From Octopus vulgaris (taxonomy: Eukaryota), in contig OX597836.1 of assembly GCA_951406725.2 (NCBI GenBank), positions 25,668,001-25,732,000 on the forward strand: a stretch of 64,000 bases of DNA. Reading direction: 5' to 3'. Within the stretch, counting starts at the first letter, position 1. Every line of letters starts with the position of its first letter. Shown piece after piece: positions 1-13,772 of this stretch. The notes below the pieces were generated by a model that did no database searches, was not told the origin of the DNA, and was given only the letters and a program-made list of their open reading frames with translations. The position numbers and the translations under genes were made by a program.

Positions 1-300
1 CGCACCCGTGAATGTGTGAGAGCATGTGTGTGTATGTGTGTGTCTTTGCGTCTGTGTGTGTCTCACACCACCGTTGACGACCACTGTTAGTATGTTTACG
101 TTCCCGTAACTTAGCGGTTCGGCAAAAGATACCTATAGAATAAGTATCAGGCTTAACAAAAAGAAAAGAAAGAAAACGTTGCACTGGGGTCAATACATTC
201 TACTAAGGCGGTGCTCCAGAATGGCCGTAGTCTAATGCCTGAAGCGACCAAATAATACAAGATATCCTATTTCTTTGGCCTGTGATTCACCACTATCCCC

Positions 301-541
301 AAATGCAAAAATTTTTTTATAAAAACATTTCAGTACCGGTTTCGGCCATATTGAGACTTTTCAACTGTAAGTATTGAAAACAAATTTTGGAAAAATGAAA
401 TGAAAATGCTTTTAAAAGAATATTTGCATAGTATTCAAATACAAGGGGCATTTTCCTTGTTTCTGGATCACGTGTGGATCGTCTCTGTATGTAATTTTAT
501 CCCGATATTCCATTGCATCCTTCCCGCACGCTTGCGTACAC

Positions 542-576
<35 letters not shown>

Positions 577-862
577 GCGTACGTGTGTACGTCGTTGTTT
601 CGAGTCAACGGAGCTTATAATTAAAGGCTTTCCAACAATCACCATCCAGGTTTCTAATCCACAAGAGTAAACAAGAGAGACAGACACAGGCAGAAACAAG
701 GAAGATGCCTCTTGAATTTGAATACTATGCAAATATTCTTTTAGAAAAACTTTTTATTTAATATTTCCAAAATTTAATTTGTTTTCCATACTTTCAGTTG
801 AAAAAGTCTCAATGACCGAAACCGGTAGTGAAATGTTTTTTATAAAATTATTTTAGCATTTT
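301..862. repeat. Imperfect ~165-bp inverted repeat, Penelope-tail-like
   Basis: 301-465 pairs with 691-862. The spacer segment 464-650 recurs inverted at ~1666-1852. Confidence 0.85.
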
Positions 863-878
863 GCACCTTGACTTTTTT

Positions 879-911
<33 letters not shown>

Positions 912-913
<2 letters not shown>

Positions 914-1273
914 AGCAGTATCGCCCGGCGTTGCTCGGGTTTGTAAGGGAAATAACTATATAAGCACTTTTAGAGAGTTATAGCCAAAAAATAGCAAAAA
1001 AATGGGAAAAAAATGATGGTAATTTTTTTTAAAAATCGTTGACTCATCGTAGACATTTTAGAGAGTTACTTCCCTTATATAATAGCGAAAAAAATGCATT
1101 AAAATGGAAAAAAATGATGGTAAATTTTTTTAAATCGCAGACTCATCGTAGACGCGTGCTAATACCCAGAAGGGCTCGATATGAATCACGACTATTAGAT
1201 ACCCGGTTTTGGTTAAACTGCACCGCAAAATGTGGGAGTAGTTAGGAATCTAAATCGTAGGAGACAGACACAC
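912..1273 (-). mobile_element. Non-autonomous Helitron, 5'-truncated
   Basis: Shares the same ~115-bp 3' end as 13388-13772 (hairpin CCCGAGCAACGCCGGG, ending CTGG|T), but the interior differs. Confidence 0.7.
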
Positions 1274-1305
1274 AAGATATCTACTCGTGTATTCCTTTAC
1301 AACCT

Positions 1306-1367
<62 letters not shown>

Positions 1368-1734
1368 AACACATATATATCTTCCTAGAAGGACATGTTT
1401 AATGACATGCGTTCGTCATGGTTTGTCAACGGCCTAATTATGGCTTCTGTTCTACATCGTCTCAGAAACCCGTCTGACGGATTTCGTTCCGCGTTCCGCT
1501 TTGAAAAAAATGTCCGAGCGCCATTTTGACTTCTAAAGCGTTGGTCACAATGCGTTTCGTATTTGCTTCTTCCATTCTTCTGTTGCCGAGCTTATTCATT
1601 AATCTATTGGTTGCTTTGCCAGAGAATTGGATAACGTAGTCCAAGATAAAGCGTGTCTAAATAATAACCCGGATGGACACTGTTGGAAAGCCTTTAATTA
1701 TAAGCTCGGCTGACTCGAAACAAGGATGTGTGTG

Positions 1735-1765
<31 letters not shown>

Positions 1766-2162
1766 TTGTGTGTTTCGTATGCAAGCGTGCGGGAAGGATG
1801 CGATGGAGTATCGGGATGAAATTACATACAGAGACGATCCAAACGTGATCCAATTATGGATTAGAATTGTAATTTATATCACGTCCAGACACACACACAC
1901 ACACACACGCAAGCACTCATACACATACACATACGTACATACATTTATATACATATATGTATGTATATATATATACATACCGGAAATTGTTTTTCTCGGT
2001 CTGTTCTATGTTCCAATTACATACTGATTGATTTATTGACTGATATATCACAGTGGTGGTGGGGGGGGGAAGGGTAGGAGTGGGGGAGGGAGGTATACAA
2101 GGGGCTGTGTTGGGTAAGGATGTATTAGTGGTGGTAGTGGTGGTAATAGAGGTGGTGGCAAC

Positions 2163-2241
<79 letters not shown>

Positions 2242-2925
2242 TTAATGATAATGGTGTTGTTACCATTTCGAAGAACTCAAACCCGGCGAGATAAGTGCAC
2301 GTGTGTGCAAACGATTATGACGATTGTGTGTGTGTGTGTAGCTATACAGGTGCAGCATGGCCGAATGGTTAAGAAGTTGTCATTGTATTTATGCTGTCCC
2401 GGGTTCCAGTCGTTGGACTAGACTGATCGTTGTATCTATGATGCATAGTCTATTCATTGCATTTTTACTGACTCGCAATATTATGTGGGGGACGTAAACA
2501 AACCAACTGCTATCGTGAAACTATTGTGAAGCGGTGGGTAACAAATACCAAAACTCAAACACACACACACACATATCGATCTATTTATCTATCTATTGAT
2601 GTGTGTATGTATGCGTGTGTGTATGTAGTTCTGTGTATTTGCACGTGCATTTGTTTGTACGACTGGCTTCCGTACAGTATCCGTCTCCCATATTCACTCA
2701 CAAGGCACAACTAAGCCCAGGAATATAATGCAGGGCACTTATCTAACTTGCTGCTCAGTTGGAATCCACTTGATTTCGCGTATTTGCAAAGCGAATTTGT
2801 TGGCCATAAAAGCTATAACGGCTTCAACACCATGCAGCACTACATGTTGTTATGGCCACACAGTCTGCCCTATGAATGAGAAATGCATCTTCTTAAACGA
2901 TACATAATTACGCGAATTGAAAATG

Positions 2926-3540
2926 TTACCGTATGTCTATATCTACAATCCTAGAAACATTGAAACTTTAATAATATTCTTAAGAATGTACCGATACTGG
3001 AAAATCGGTTTCTACGAGCACATATTAAATACAAAGGTGAATTTCCGAGAATCTTAACAAACTCCAAATTATATCTAACGACAACGGAACCAACAGTTAA
3101 CCATTGTTGATGCTCCAGTGCTAGAATATATTTTAAATAGTTCAAAGGACGAATTTATTATGTAAAGAGTGAATTTTACCTGTGAGTCAAGAAATCTAAT
3201 TTATGTAATAGCATGTTCAGGATGCGCAGAGAATTACATAGGAGAAAACGTAATGTTCTTAAAGAAGCGAATTTAGTTAAAGAAATGCAGCAGAGATTGC
3301 ATTCACTGAAAATATCAGTATCATTTAATATGTATAAATATTCAATGAGTTGAGATTTAATCAATTATATTTATCATATTTGCTAATTAAAGACCGTTGA
3401 ATATTTTATTGATCAACTACAATGTAATAGTTAACAACTTCAACTTATAAAGTATGAACATTTTAACAGGATTCAATTACAAAATCATGGGAATAATTAA
3501 AAAAGTGAAACCGGTTGGACATTTGAAAATTCTGCTCTTA
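2926..3540 (+). mobile_element. Penelope-like retroelement remnant (GIY-YIG endonuclease region)
   Basis: Fragmented translation gives LPYVYIYNPRNIE...LTNSKLYLTTTEPTVNHC...NFTCESRNLIYVIACSGCAENYIGE (3172-3246), the LIY-x-CxxC-x-YIG form of the PLE GIY-YIG domain. Stops and frameshifts are present. Confidence 0.8.
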
Positions 3541-3618
3541 TTATAAATATTTTATTCCATTTTTCTGTTTTCAATATAATTTAACGTGCCGAGTAACTAA
3601 ATATCGAGTAACTTAAAA

Positions 3619-3678
<60 letters not shown>

Positions 3679-3709
3679 GTAAGTATGTCTGTATGTAAGT
3701 ATATATACA

Positions 3710-3916
3710 CACGATTGGTTCCTGACTTTGGGTGAAAGAAAATGCAGATGGCTCAGTTAATTATGATTTTATTCAGTATATTCCCCGCTCAGATTCATAC
3801 ACTTATTGCAGCGATCCGCCAGTTTACTAAGCCCTGTCAAAGAACTCATAACTTTGGGTCTCCAACTAGGCCTTTCAAGATACCCTGAAAGCCAGGAACT
3901 TTTCAGCACCCCCACG
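3710..3916 (-). mobile_element. Mariner-derived MITE (copy 2)
   Basis: Reverse-complement match to 21706-21928. The ORF track shows LSKLADRCNKCMNLSGEYTE*. The right end is AAAGCCAGGAACTTTTCAGCACCCCCACG|TA. Confidence 0.7.
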
Positions 3917-4056
3917 TATATATATATATATATATGTATGTGCGTATGTACGTGCGCGTGCGCGTGTGTATTTGTGTGCACGTAGGTGTGCTGAAAAGTG
4001 AATTGGATATTTTACACACCTCTTTGAAGGAATTTCTCTTTTTAGTATGTTACTCT

Positions 4057-4153
<97 letters not shown>

Positions 4154-4167
4154 CATACATACATATA

Positions 4168-4598
4168 TACTCCTTACTCTCTTTTTACTCCTTTACTTGT
4201 TTCAGTCATGTGACTGTGGCCATGCTGGAGCACAGCCTTTAGTCGAGCAAATCGACCCTAGGACTTATTCTTTGTAAGCCTAGTACTTATTCTATCGGTC
4301 TCTTTTGCCGAACCGCTAAGTTACGGGGACGCAAACATACCGGCATCGGTTGTCAAGTGATGATGGGGTGAGGGACAAGCACGGACACACAAACATACAT
4401 ACACACACACACACACACACATACACATATATATACATATATACGACGTGCTTCTTTCAGTTTCCGTCTACCAAATCCACTCACAAGGCTTTGATCGGCC
4501 CGAGGCTATAGTAGAAGACACTAGCCCAAGGTGTCTCGCAGTGGGACTGAACACGGAACCATGTGGCTTGTAAGCAAGCTACTTACCACAAAGCCACA
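4168..4598 (-). mobile_element. SINE family A
   Basis: Reverse-complement match to 21219-21632. Confidence 0.85.
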
Positions 4599-4944
4599 CA
4601 TATATATATATATATTTTCCTATGTATACCCATTTATATTTGACATTTGTGGATATCTTTCTCGATACCCTTCCCGTATGTTTTATCACTTGTGCAGATG
4701 TACATTCATACGCAACTCCGTAACCATGTATAACAAATTACCTAATTATTATTTTAAATCATTGCAGTGTATGTACACCATGTAAATCTATTATGTTTCG
4801 CAGAGGAGTATGAAAAATTGCGATCCTTTAAACACAACGCGCTTACTGTACTGAATCCGGTTCTAACTGGTTCTAACTCCGCGACAGACCACAGAAGTTT
4901 AGCTAATTTACAATGCCATCTAGTACTTGGATTTATATAACTTA

Positions 4945-5135
4945 CGATGCCAAAGTGGTAGTGCTAAGGCCTTCTATGTATAATTCTCCATATCTTTTAC
5001 TTCCTCGCTTCACAGAGAGGCCTCTTAAAGCATCGAAGCTTGCCCAGCAGTTCAGTCGCTGCATAGAAATCGTTTTCTTTGTGATGAATCTTTGGATTTT
5101 TTCCAATTCATTAACGTTCCTGGCATTGTAACGGC
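4945..5135 (-). mobile_element. CR1/L2-group LINE ORF2 C-terminal remnant
   Basis: NARNVNELEKIQRFITKKTISMQRLNCWASFDALRGLSVKRGSKRYGELYIEG resembles the post-RT motif LEKVQRRATK...LSYWERL..L.L.SLERRR.R. Confidence 0.6.
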
Positions 5136-5315
5136 CGTCCTACCTGGAAGCAATAATCAAGACCACTAACAAATGTCTTTCACAATGTCAGCGTGACTTT
5201 TTGGTTTCGTGTTCTAAATGTTACCGTAATTCATCCTGATTGTTGTCTTTTCGTTCTTGCTGTCTTAGTAATAATATGCCCATGAAATTATTCTTCACAC
5301 ACACACAGACACACA

Positions 5316-5358
<43 letters not shown>

Positions 5359-5365
5359 CCACATG

Positions 5366-5397
<32 letters not shown>

Positions 5398-5533
5398 CAC
5401 ATGTATATGTATCTAAATATACATATATATATATACATATATATATATGCATATATATATATATGCATACCCCACATACACATACAGAGAGAGACAGAGA
5501 GAGAGCAAGATAGATAGATAGATAGATGGATGC

Positions 5534-5629
<96 letters not shown>

Positions 5630-5660
5630 GGATGCATATATATATATATATATATATATA

Positions 5661-5697
<37 letters not shown>

Positions 5698-5782
5698 AGA
5701 TAGATAGATAGATAGATAGATGGATAGATAGATAGATGGATGGATGGATGGATGGATGGATGGATGGATGGATGGATGGATG

Positions 5783-5834
<52 letters not shown>

Positions 5835-5848
5835 TATGGGAATATATA

Positions 5849-6062
5849 CAGGGGGTGGCTAAAAGTTCTTGGCTTTGGGTAGAAGGAAATACATGAGAAT
5901 CGATTAATTATGATTTTATTCAACATATTCTCCTCTAAGATTTATTTACAGTGGTCCTTCATTTTTTCTAAACCCTGTAAAAGAACTTGGCAAGTTGAGC
6001 CTCAAACCAAGCTTTTCACGATAACCTGAAAGCCAGGAACGTTTCACCACATCCCATCACCG
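5849..6062 (-). mobile_element. Mariner-derived MITE (copy 3)
   Basis: GGGGGTGGCTAAAAGTTCTTGGCTTT...AAAGCCAGGAACGTTTCACCAC, with the same interior as copies 1 and 2. Confidence 0.65.
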
Positions 6063-6688
6063 TATATGTAATAATTAAATTATGTATTATGCAATTCATT
6101 CTGTTTTGTTATGTGTGTGATTCCCAGGTCGATGGGAAAATTGCCTTGTATGAAACCCGTTTGTGGTACAAAGAATCACTGGGGTCTGCTACTTTGTCAT
6201 TGATAGACACACTCAAATCTCTGACCCACGGACATGCTCTCGCTCTTTCTCGCTCTTCTCTTTGTCTCTCACTACCTTTTCCACCGCTTCTATAAAAGCC
6301 TCTGTCTTTTGCTACCTCCACTTACGTACTTAAGACTCACTATTCTCTTCTCCTCCTATCACTCATTTGCTTGTCCAACTCTCGTGGTGCAGTGGTAACC
6401 ACTACGTAAATAGTAATGTCGACCGTCTGGAACTCTCTCCCTGTACATGTCGATGCAATAGGTTCCCGGCCACCACCTCACCAGTCTTGTGGATACTACA
6501 AAAGCCATAGACCCTGCACTTTCCAACAGCTCTCAGTACCGAACTCTTCTCTCTTTCTCTCCCTGTCACTCACCCTTTCTCTCCCTCTTACTCTAACCCC
6601 GTTCTCCCTCTCTCCTTCTCTCTCACCCTTTCTCTATCTCTATCCTTTCCATATATATGTATATAAGTATGTGTGTGTGTATGCATGC

Positions 6689-6752
<64 letters not shown>

Positions 6753-7880
6753 ACTCAACTAGATAACAAAATATAATAAGTAACTCAATGAATCCAATGG
6801 CATGTAAGTGAATAACTAGTGAACATCGTACGAAAAAATAATAATTATTTGAAATTTCTTATCTCAATTGGAGAAAAATACAATGGAACCTAGTAGCAAT
6901 TGCAAGCAAAGGACAGCAACTGTAGCCATGTTTCAATGTATTAGACCTCATCTGCAAACATCAGTCTAGCCAAGTCTATCGATGGCTTGATGTTTTTTTA
7001 CATGTAGAAAAATGCTATAAATAATTTGGTGGGTCCATATAAAGGGTTAGCTTCTACTATGAGGTTGGATAGTTACCAAGGAAACGTATATAATGGAAAG
7101 AAGAATATGCAGAGAAGATGATGAAACAGAGTGAGAGAGAGAGTATGTGTGTGTGTGTGAAAGAGTAAAAAAAAGAGGGAGAGAGAGACATACTGAAGTG
7201 CTGTGTCGAAAAAATTGAGAAATCGAAATAGAATGTGGAGATATAAGAGAGAAACGAGAGAGATACGCCGAAATGTGGCTGAAAAAGTAACGGAAACTCT
7301 CGTTTCCTAAATATTTTCTCTTAACTTTACATTTATAAGGGCCACAGGTAATGCAAGCGATACCAGTATTGTAACGCCATGACGGGAACCATGTTTAGTT
7401 TCGTATTCGAATAAATACGATTTGTATATTATGGAATTGTGTAAATTTATATTTAATAGAAATAAAGCAGTTAGCAACGGACATGGAACGAAATATCAAT
7501 TTGAAGAGAAGCAAGCAGTAGCAACTACAATACGACAAGAAGCAAACTTTATAATCCACGACACGCACAATCCACGAGACGTACATATAGCATTCCAAGT
7601 GATAAGAACAGCAAACGAAACAACAGCGAAAAAAAACAACTTATGTGATGATGAAGTGATAACTTACGAAACGTCAACTCGTAGGAGAGTTTAAAAAAAG
7701 TAAAACTAAAACTAAAAATGATAATAATATATAGGGTTCAGCTAAGGGTTTTGTTTAGAGTTTGGGCAGAGGTTGAAATTTAGGCAATAGTTTGACTTAA
7801 ATAAACCAGAATAACACTAAGTCATATATATATATATACATGCACGTGTGTAGTTACATATGTATGTATATGTATATATG

Positions 7881-7935
<55 letters not shown>

Positions 7936-8147
7936 TGTTAGCATATATTACGAGGAAGACTAGTTAGTATTAAATCATAAAATGCGTATGTAAACACATC
8001 TACTACATGCATACACACATACAAAGACATATGTATATACACACATACAAAAACATGCATATATATACACACAAGAACGAATACATACGTATATATATAT
8101 ATATGTTTATGTATGTATGAACGTATGTACGTACGTATGTATGCTTG

Positions 8148-8185
<38 letters not shown>

Positions 8186-9302
8186 TATGCAGTGGATTAT
8201 GAGATTACAACAGAATAAAAGCATCTCATACAATCGTGCGTGTTTGTTTCTTTGCTTACTTGTGTGCGAAAATCCGTGTGCATGTATATATATGTATGCA
8301 TGTGTGTGTGAGTGTGTGTGAGATTTGTGTGTGTGTTTCCGTGTATGTGTTAGTGTGTACATGTATGTTTTTTGCAATCAGGAAACCGTAATGTGCACAC
8401 ACACACACACACACATGCACAAACACATGCACAAACACATGCACGCATATATATATATATTTATATACACAGACTCAAAACTCACATACTGAAGTACATG
8501 TGCATAAACCTACGCACACATGCGAAAAGCCATACTGTACATTCAATGCCCATAAAAACCTTGTGCATACAAAATCTCTTTGATAAGCTTAAGAGCTTTA
8601 ATGACATTTGAATCCGTTCTTCCAATTTTTTTACAGCTTGTTTAGAAAAGAAATTATTGACGATTCCAACTGCACAATGACTTTAAGGACACTCAAAATC
8701 TACACTCACACATATACACATATATACATACATATACACATATACATATATACATGCATGCATACATATATACTACATACTATATATATACATATATATA
8801 TATATTTAGGTATGAATATTTATATATATATAGATATATAAATGTATGTGTTTGTGGATGCGTATATATGTTTGTATGCATATATCTATGTATGTCTGTC
8901 TATATGTACGTATAGAGGTGTGTATATATGTATGTATTTGCTTAAATATCGTAATAAACGGTTTACACATACATGTATCGACAATACACTTGTGGGCATC
9001 GAAATCAAATTCTGTTCATTTTGATTCAACCTGGTCCTCTGTGTTTGTAATATAGAAAGAAAGAAAAAAAAATGAAAAATAAAAACAACGTCAAGAAGAG
9101 ATTGAAAGAAAGGGGGCAGGGTAGAGAAAAAGGGGAACAGAATGAGGGGGAGCGAGAAAGGGAGTGTGCGTATGTGAGGGAGCGAAAGAGAGTGAGAGAT
9201 GACACTGGATTATACATACATATATACATACATATATGGTGTTATATATATATATATATATAATTATAAGTATATATATATAATTTTATATATATATATA
9301 AT

Positions 9303-9436
<134 letters not shown>

Positions 9437-10071
9437 GACATTTATTTCGTGGAAGGGTCATTTGAGCCATTTAAAACAGGAAAAAACCGTCAAATTTATT
9501 TTCGTATATTTCTAGATTTTCACCTGTCAAACATTCCTGTTGCACTTCTCCGGTCTGTTCATCGATACAATACAACTCTATGTCTGTCGATAATCCGTTA
9601 CGGACGACATATCTCTGGGGTTTTCTTACCTGCCTCTCCTTTTCATATACTTCTCCCCTCTTTTATATCGTATTTATTTCTTCTTTTGTTACTTAACAGC
9701 AGTAACCCAAACAATTTTAAAAACGTATTCTTTTGCCTGTTGCTTGTTCTTTATTCTTTTTTCTGAACCTTTTGTTCTGATGTATTTTCGCTTTTGCGGT
9801 ATTTACTATTTAGTCATTTAGTCACCTTCAGTATACCAATTCTTTCCGTTTCTTTCTCTTTCTCCTTCCGTCTGTCTGTCTTTCTCCTTCTCTTTCTATA
9901 TATATATATTATTTATTTGAGGGACACAATACATGTGTTTAAGTGCTACTAAATAGTTTCATATGTTGAGAAATATTTCAAATATATTCATCAGGCACAA
10001 ACCGCATATAACGAATTAATATTTATCTCTGAGTACAATTTTTTGTTGAATTTTCTGTCACGAAACAGTAC

Positions 10072-10142
<71 letters not shown>

Positions 10143-10157
10143 ACACACAGACACACA

Positions 10158-10206
<49 letters not shown>

Positions 10207-10346
10207 TTACGTATTTGTTTTGTACATTTTTTTTCCAATTCTTTGTCATTTTCTTCCCTTACAAAAGTGATTATGAATGGAAATTTTCTCTCATGGGGAA
10301 AATGTTTTTCAACATTTGGCTGTTATTCGCTAACTATACACGTGTC

Positions 10347-10403
<57 letters not shown>

Positions 10404-10438
10404 ACATATGTATATATTTCTCTCTCTCTCTCTCTCTC

Positions 10439-10485
<47 letters not shown>

Positions 10486-10670
10486 ATATATACTTATATA
10501 CATATATCTATACATGCATATAGCTATATGTATATATGTTTATACATATGCCTCTGTGTGTATGTATATGCATGTTTGTATGTTTACTTGCAACTCTATC
10601 AAAAGGAAATTCTTGCAAACAGCATGAATATAACCACAGAAAGATGGTAATGATGATGATGACGATGATG

Positions 10671-10738
<68 letters not shown>

Positions 10739-11251
10739 GTGACGCAGATGCATATAAACTTGTGGTACTCTGTGCTACAGTATATATATCGACAATAATT
10801 TAATATATCAACATATCTGCACTGAATTATTAATCACGCTAGTTGTCAAAAATGCGTTGCATACGCAAATTGGTCTTTCCGATCTAGCCTGCAGAAAGAT
10901 ATAGAAAGGACTCAATAACGGATGGAATCTTAAGATAGGAGTGAAAGTAATCCAGCTGGTACCACTTTTTCCTGCCCACGGAATTACTGTATATAGCAAT
11001 GGATCTCAAGCTTTTTATTATCCGGGCCAGATCGATAACCTGGATTTCTATCAGGGGACTGCCCAAAAATTTAAAACCCAAGTCACTTAAAAAAAAAACT
11101 GTTATATATATATATATAGTGAAGGCCTTCAAGGGCCGCCGGAAGGGTGCTTGAGGACCACTTGAGCCCGCAGTTGAGAACTGCTTGTACAAAGAGATAA
11201 AATATTTATATCTATCTATTACGTAAAATGTTGGTTAGAATTTGAAGATTG

Positions 11252-11439
11252 CGTATTTACCGGCATACTACGCGAATTCTTCAGAGGAAAATTTATAGTC
11301 AAAGAAAGGTAGGCTCTAATACATCAGGACATCTTTGGAGAACTAAAAAATCCATGTGAAATACAAGAGGATTTAGAAAGATAGTGGTGACTTTTGAATG
11401 TTTATAATACATGTTCACGTTATACGCCGGAAAGTACAG
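11252..11439. mobile_element. Degenerate pogo-like MITE
   Basis: Imperfect inverted termini CGTATTTACCGGCATACTACGCGAA...TTCACGTTATACGCCGGAAAGTACAG. Confidence 0.4.
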
Positions 11440-11654
11440 CATACAGTGCTCTAAACAATAGCATTGAACAACTCATAGTTAACGTACAGTAAATTTCATA
11501 TATATAAACTTATAAACAAGGGTAAAAGAAACAAAAATTCTAATGCCAAATATGCCGAAAATAGACAAATCGTCAATAACCATATAATTTAAAGGTATTT
11601 TTTAATATGCTGGCCATTGATAGAATTTTTTTCGAAAAATTTTATCCTATATTA

Positions 11655-11689
<35 letters not shown>

Positions 11690-11691
<2 letters not shown>

Positions 11692-12026
11692 CATTATTGG
11701 TGAATTGAAGAAATGGAGCTGAACGCAGATTGAACAGAAATCGTTTTATTTCATTCTACACGTGTTTCGAAAGGCACAAATTACCAGTAACAGTTTCGCC
11801 ATGGGCTCTTAGGAGCATAGTTCGATTTGTTTTTGCTCCGCCTCTGTTCTGTTTTTGTTTTTCCAACGGATTTCCTATTTTCTTCCTGAAGAGAAAGACA
11901 CAATATGGTCCCATTATTCCATCGGATTTTGGTAATTTGTGCCTTTCGAAACACGTGTAGAATGAAATAAAACGATTTCTGTTCAATCTGCGTTCAGCTC
12001 CATTTCTTCAATTCACCAATAATGTT
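11690..12026. repeat. Perfect 97-bp inverted repeat with a 143-bp spacer
   Basis: 11690-11786 is the exact reverse complement of 11930-12026. This also explains the twin MNRNRFISFYTCFERHKLP ORFs. Confidence 0.95.
11876..11969 (+). ncRNA. Type I hammerhead ribozyme motif inside a perfect inverted repeat
   Basis: UAUUUUCUUC CUGAAGA G-AAAGACACAA...UUGUGCCUUU-C GAAA CACGUG UA GAAUGAAAUA, with a GUA triplet. Confidence 0.7.
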
Positions 12027-12176
12027 CTAATTTCAATTATCCGCACCAACGCACGGTTGCAACACCATATGGTTGTACCTCCAACCGTGCTGTTTTACTG
12101 CTGTGATTTTTGCTACTAAGGTATCGGTTAAACTTTTGATTAATCTACTACAAGATTATTCATCTTTCTATTTCAC

Positions 12177-12236
<60 letters not shown>

Positions 12237-12289
12237 CGTACACACACACACATATATACGTATATATATATATATACTTGCTTGTGAAA

Positions 12290-12580
12290 TTAACGGCTAA
12301 GTGGCTGAGCACTCCACAGACATGTGTACCATTAATGTAGTTCTAGGGAAGATTCAGTGTGACAAGGCTGGCCCTTCGAAATGCATGTACAACAGAAGCA
12401 GGAAGAAAGAGTGAGAGAAAGTTGTGGTGAAAGAGTACAGCAGGGTTCGCCATCCTGCCGAGCCTCTGGAGCTTTAAGTGTTTTCGATCAATAAACACTC
12501 ACAAAGCTCGGTCTGGGAGTCGAAATCGCGACCCTCGACCCCGAGTCCACTGCCCTAACTACTGAGCAATTGCGCCTTCG
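12290..12580 (-). mobile_element. SINE family C head and body with a different 3' tail
   Basis: The reverse complement shares the head and the CACAACTTTCTCTCACTCTTTC body with 56112-56414, but ends ...GTGGAGTGCTCAGCCACTT. Confidence 0.7.
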
Positions 12581-12632
12581 CTCTGCTATACATACATGCA
12601 TGCATGCATACATACATACATACATACATACA

Positions 12633-12711
<79 letters not shown>

Positions 12712-13387
12712 ATACATATATATGCATATATATATATATATAATCGCTCGCATACAAACATATATGTATATAACTGATGTGTGTGTGTGCGCGCGTGTTT
12801 ATATATGCGTGTATGTGTATTTGTGTATGTATGTATGTATAACTGATACCAGAGGCTGGGAATGTATTCACTTCTCTATCCTGGTGCACTGCTGTTGTCG
12901 CAATCCCTCTGTGTTTGTATTTTCGTATACAAAGTGGTTTAGTAACATATCAGTACCATAATTAATATGTTTAGTAACGTATTTCAGTATTCTATCCCAT
13001 AAAAATGTAGATCTCTCTTGATTCAACCATCAACAGATCGTTGGTTCAATAAATCATTGGTGAAATATGGTTGTGGTCTTCTGTTCCAATAGACTTGTTC
13101 CAAAGAACGGTTGAACCTTTCATCCGTGCATGTTTCAACAACATTTTCACATGCCCCCATCTCTAACCTCTCTCTGTCTCTCCCCCCTTCTCTCTCTCTC
13201 TCTCTCACTCGGCATCTCATACTGCATACTGCGTTATTATTTTGTGCTTAGCGTATACATTTGCGGTAGCATATCTAAAACTTCATTTTATTGGTGTAAT
13301 GACGAAACTATCCGCCAACACCTCGATTGAAAAATTACAAAAAACAAATTGTATAGTTTATGGAGTAAAAAAAGGAATAATAATAAA

Positions 13388-13772
13388 CTAGCAGTATCGC
13401 CCGGCGTTGCTCAGGTTTGTAAGGGAAATAACTATAAAGCATTTTTAGAGAGTTATAGCCAAAAAATAGCAAAAAAATTGGAAAAAAATTATGGTAAATT
13501 TTTTTTTGAGAGTAAAAAAAGGTCGAGTTGCGTCCCCTAGACAGTCTGTGGTTTGTGTTTCTGATTCTCGACCCCATGTCATAATTATCGATTTTTTCAG
13601 AACTGGGGGAACTTTTCAAAATTTTCGCTGCGTTAGTTTTGAATTATGACATTGGGCTATGTGTGTGTCAAGTTTCATCAGAATCGGTTGAAAGCCGTGG
13701 TCAGGGTGAGGGTACAACCAAACAGACACACAGAAACACACACAGACAAACTGCCGTTTATATATAGAGAGA
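13388..13772 (-). mobile_element. Non-autonomous Helitron, complete
   Basis: The minus strand reads A|TCTCTCTATATATAAA..., then a 3' GC-rich hairpin CCTGAGCAACGCCGGG, then CGATACTG-CTAG|T. It has TC...CTAG termini inserted at an AT site with no TSD. Confidence 0.8.

Noticed and set aside
10808-10910. Strong minus-strand acceptor tcctttctatatctttctgcag
   Set aside because: All frames stop soon or lack similarity, and there is no matching donor.
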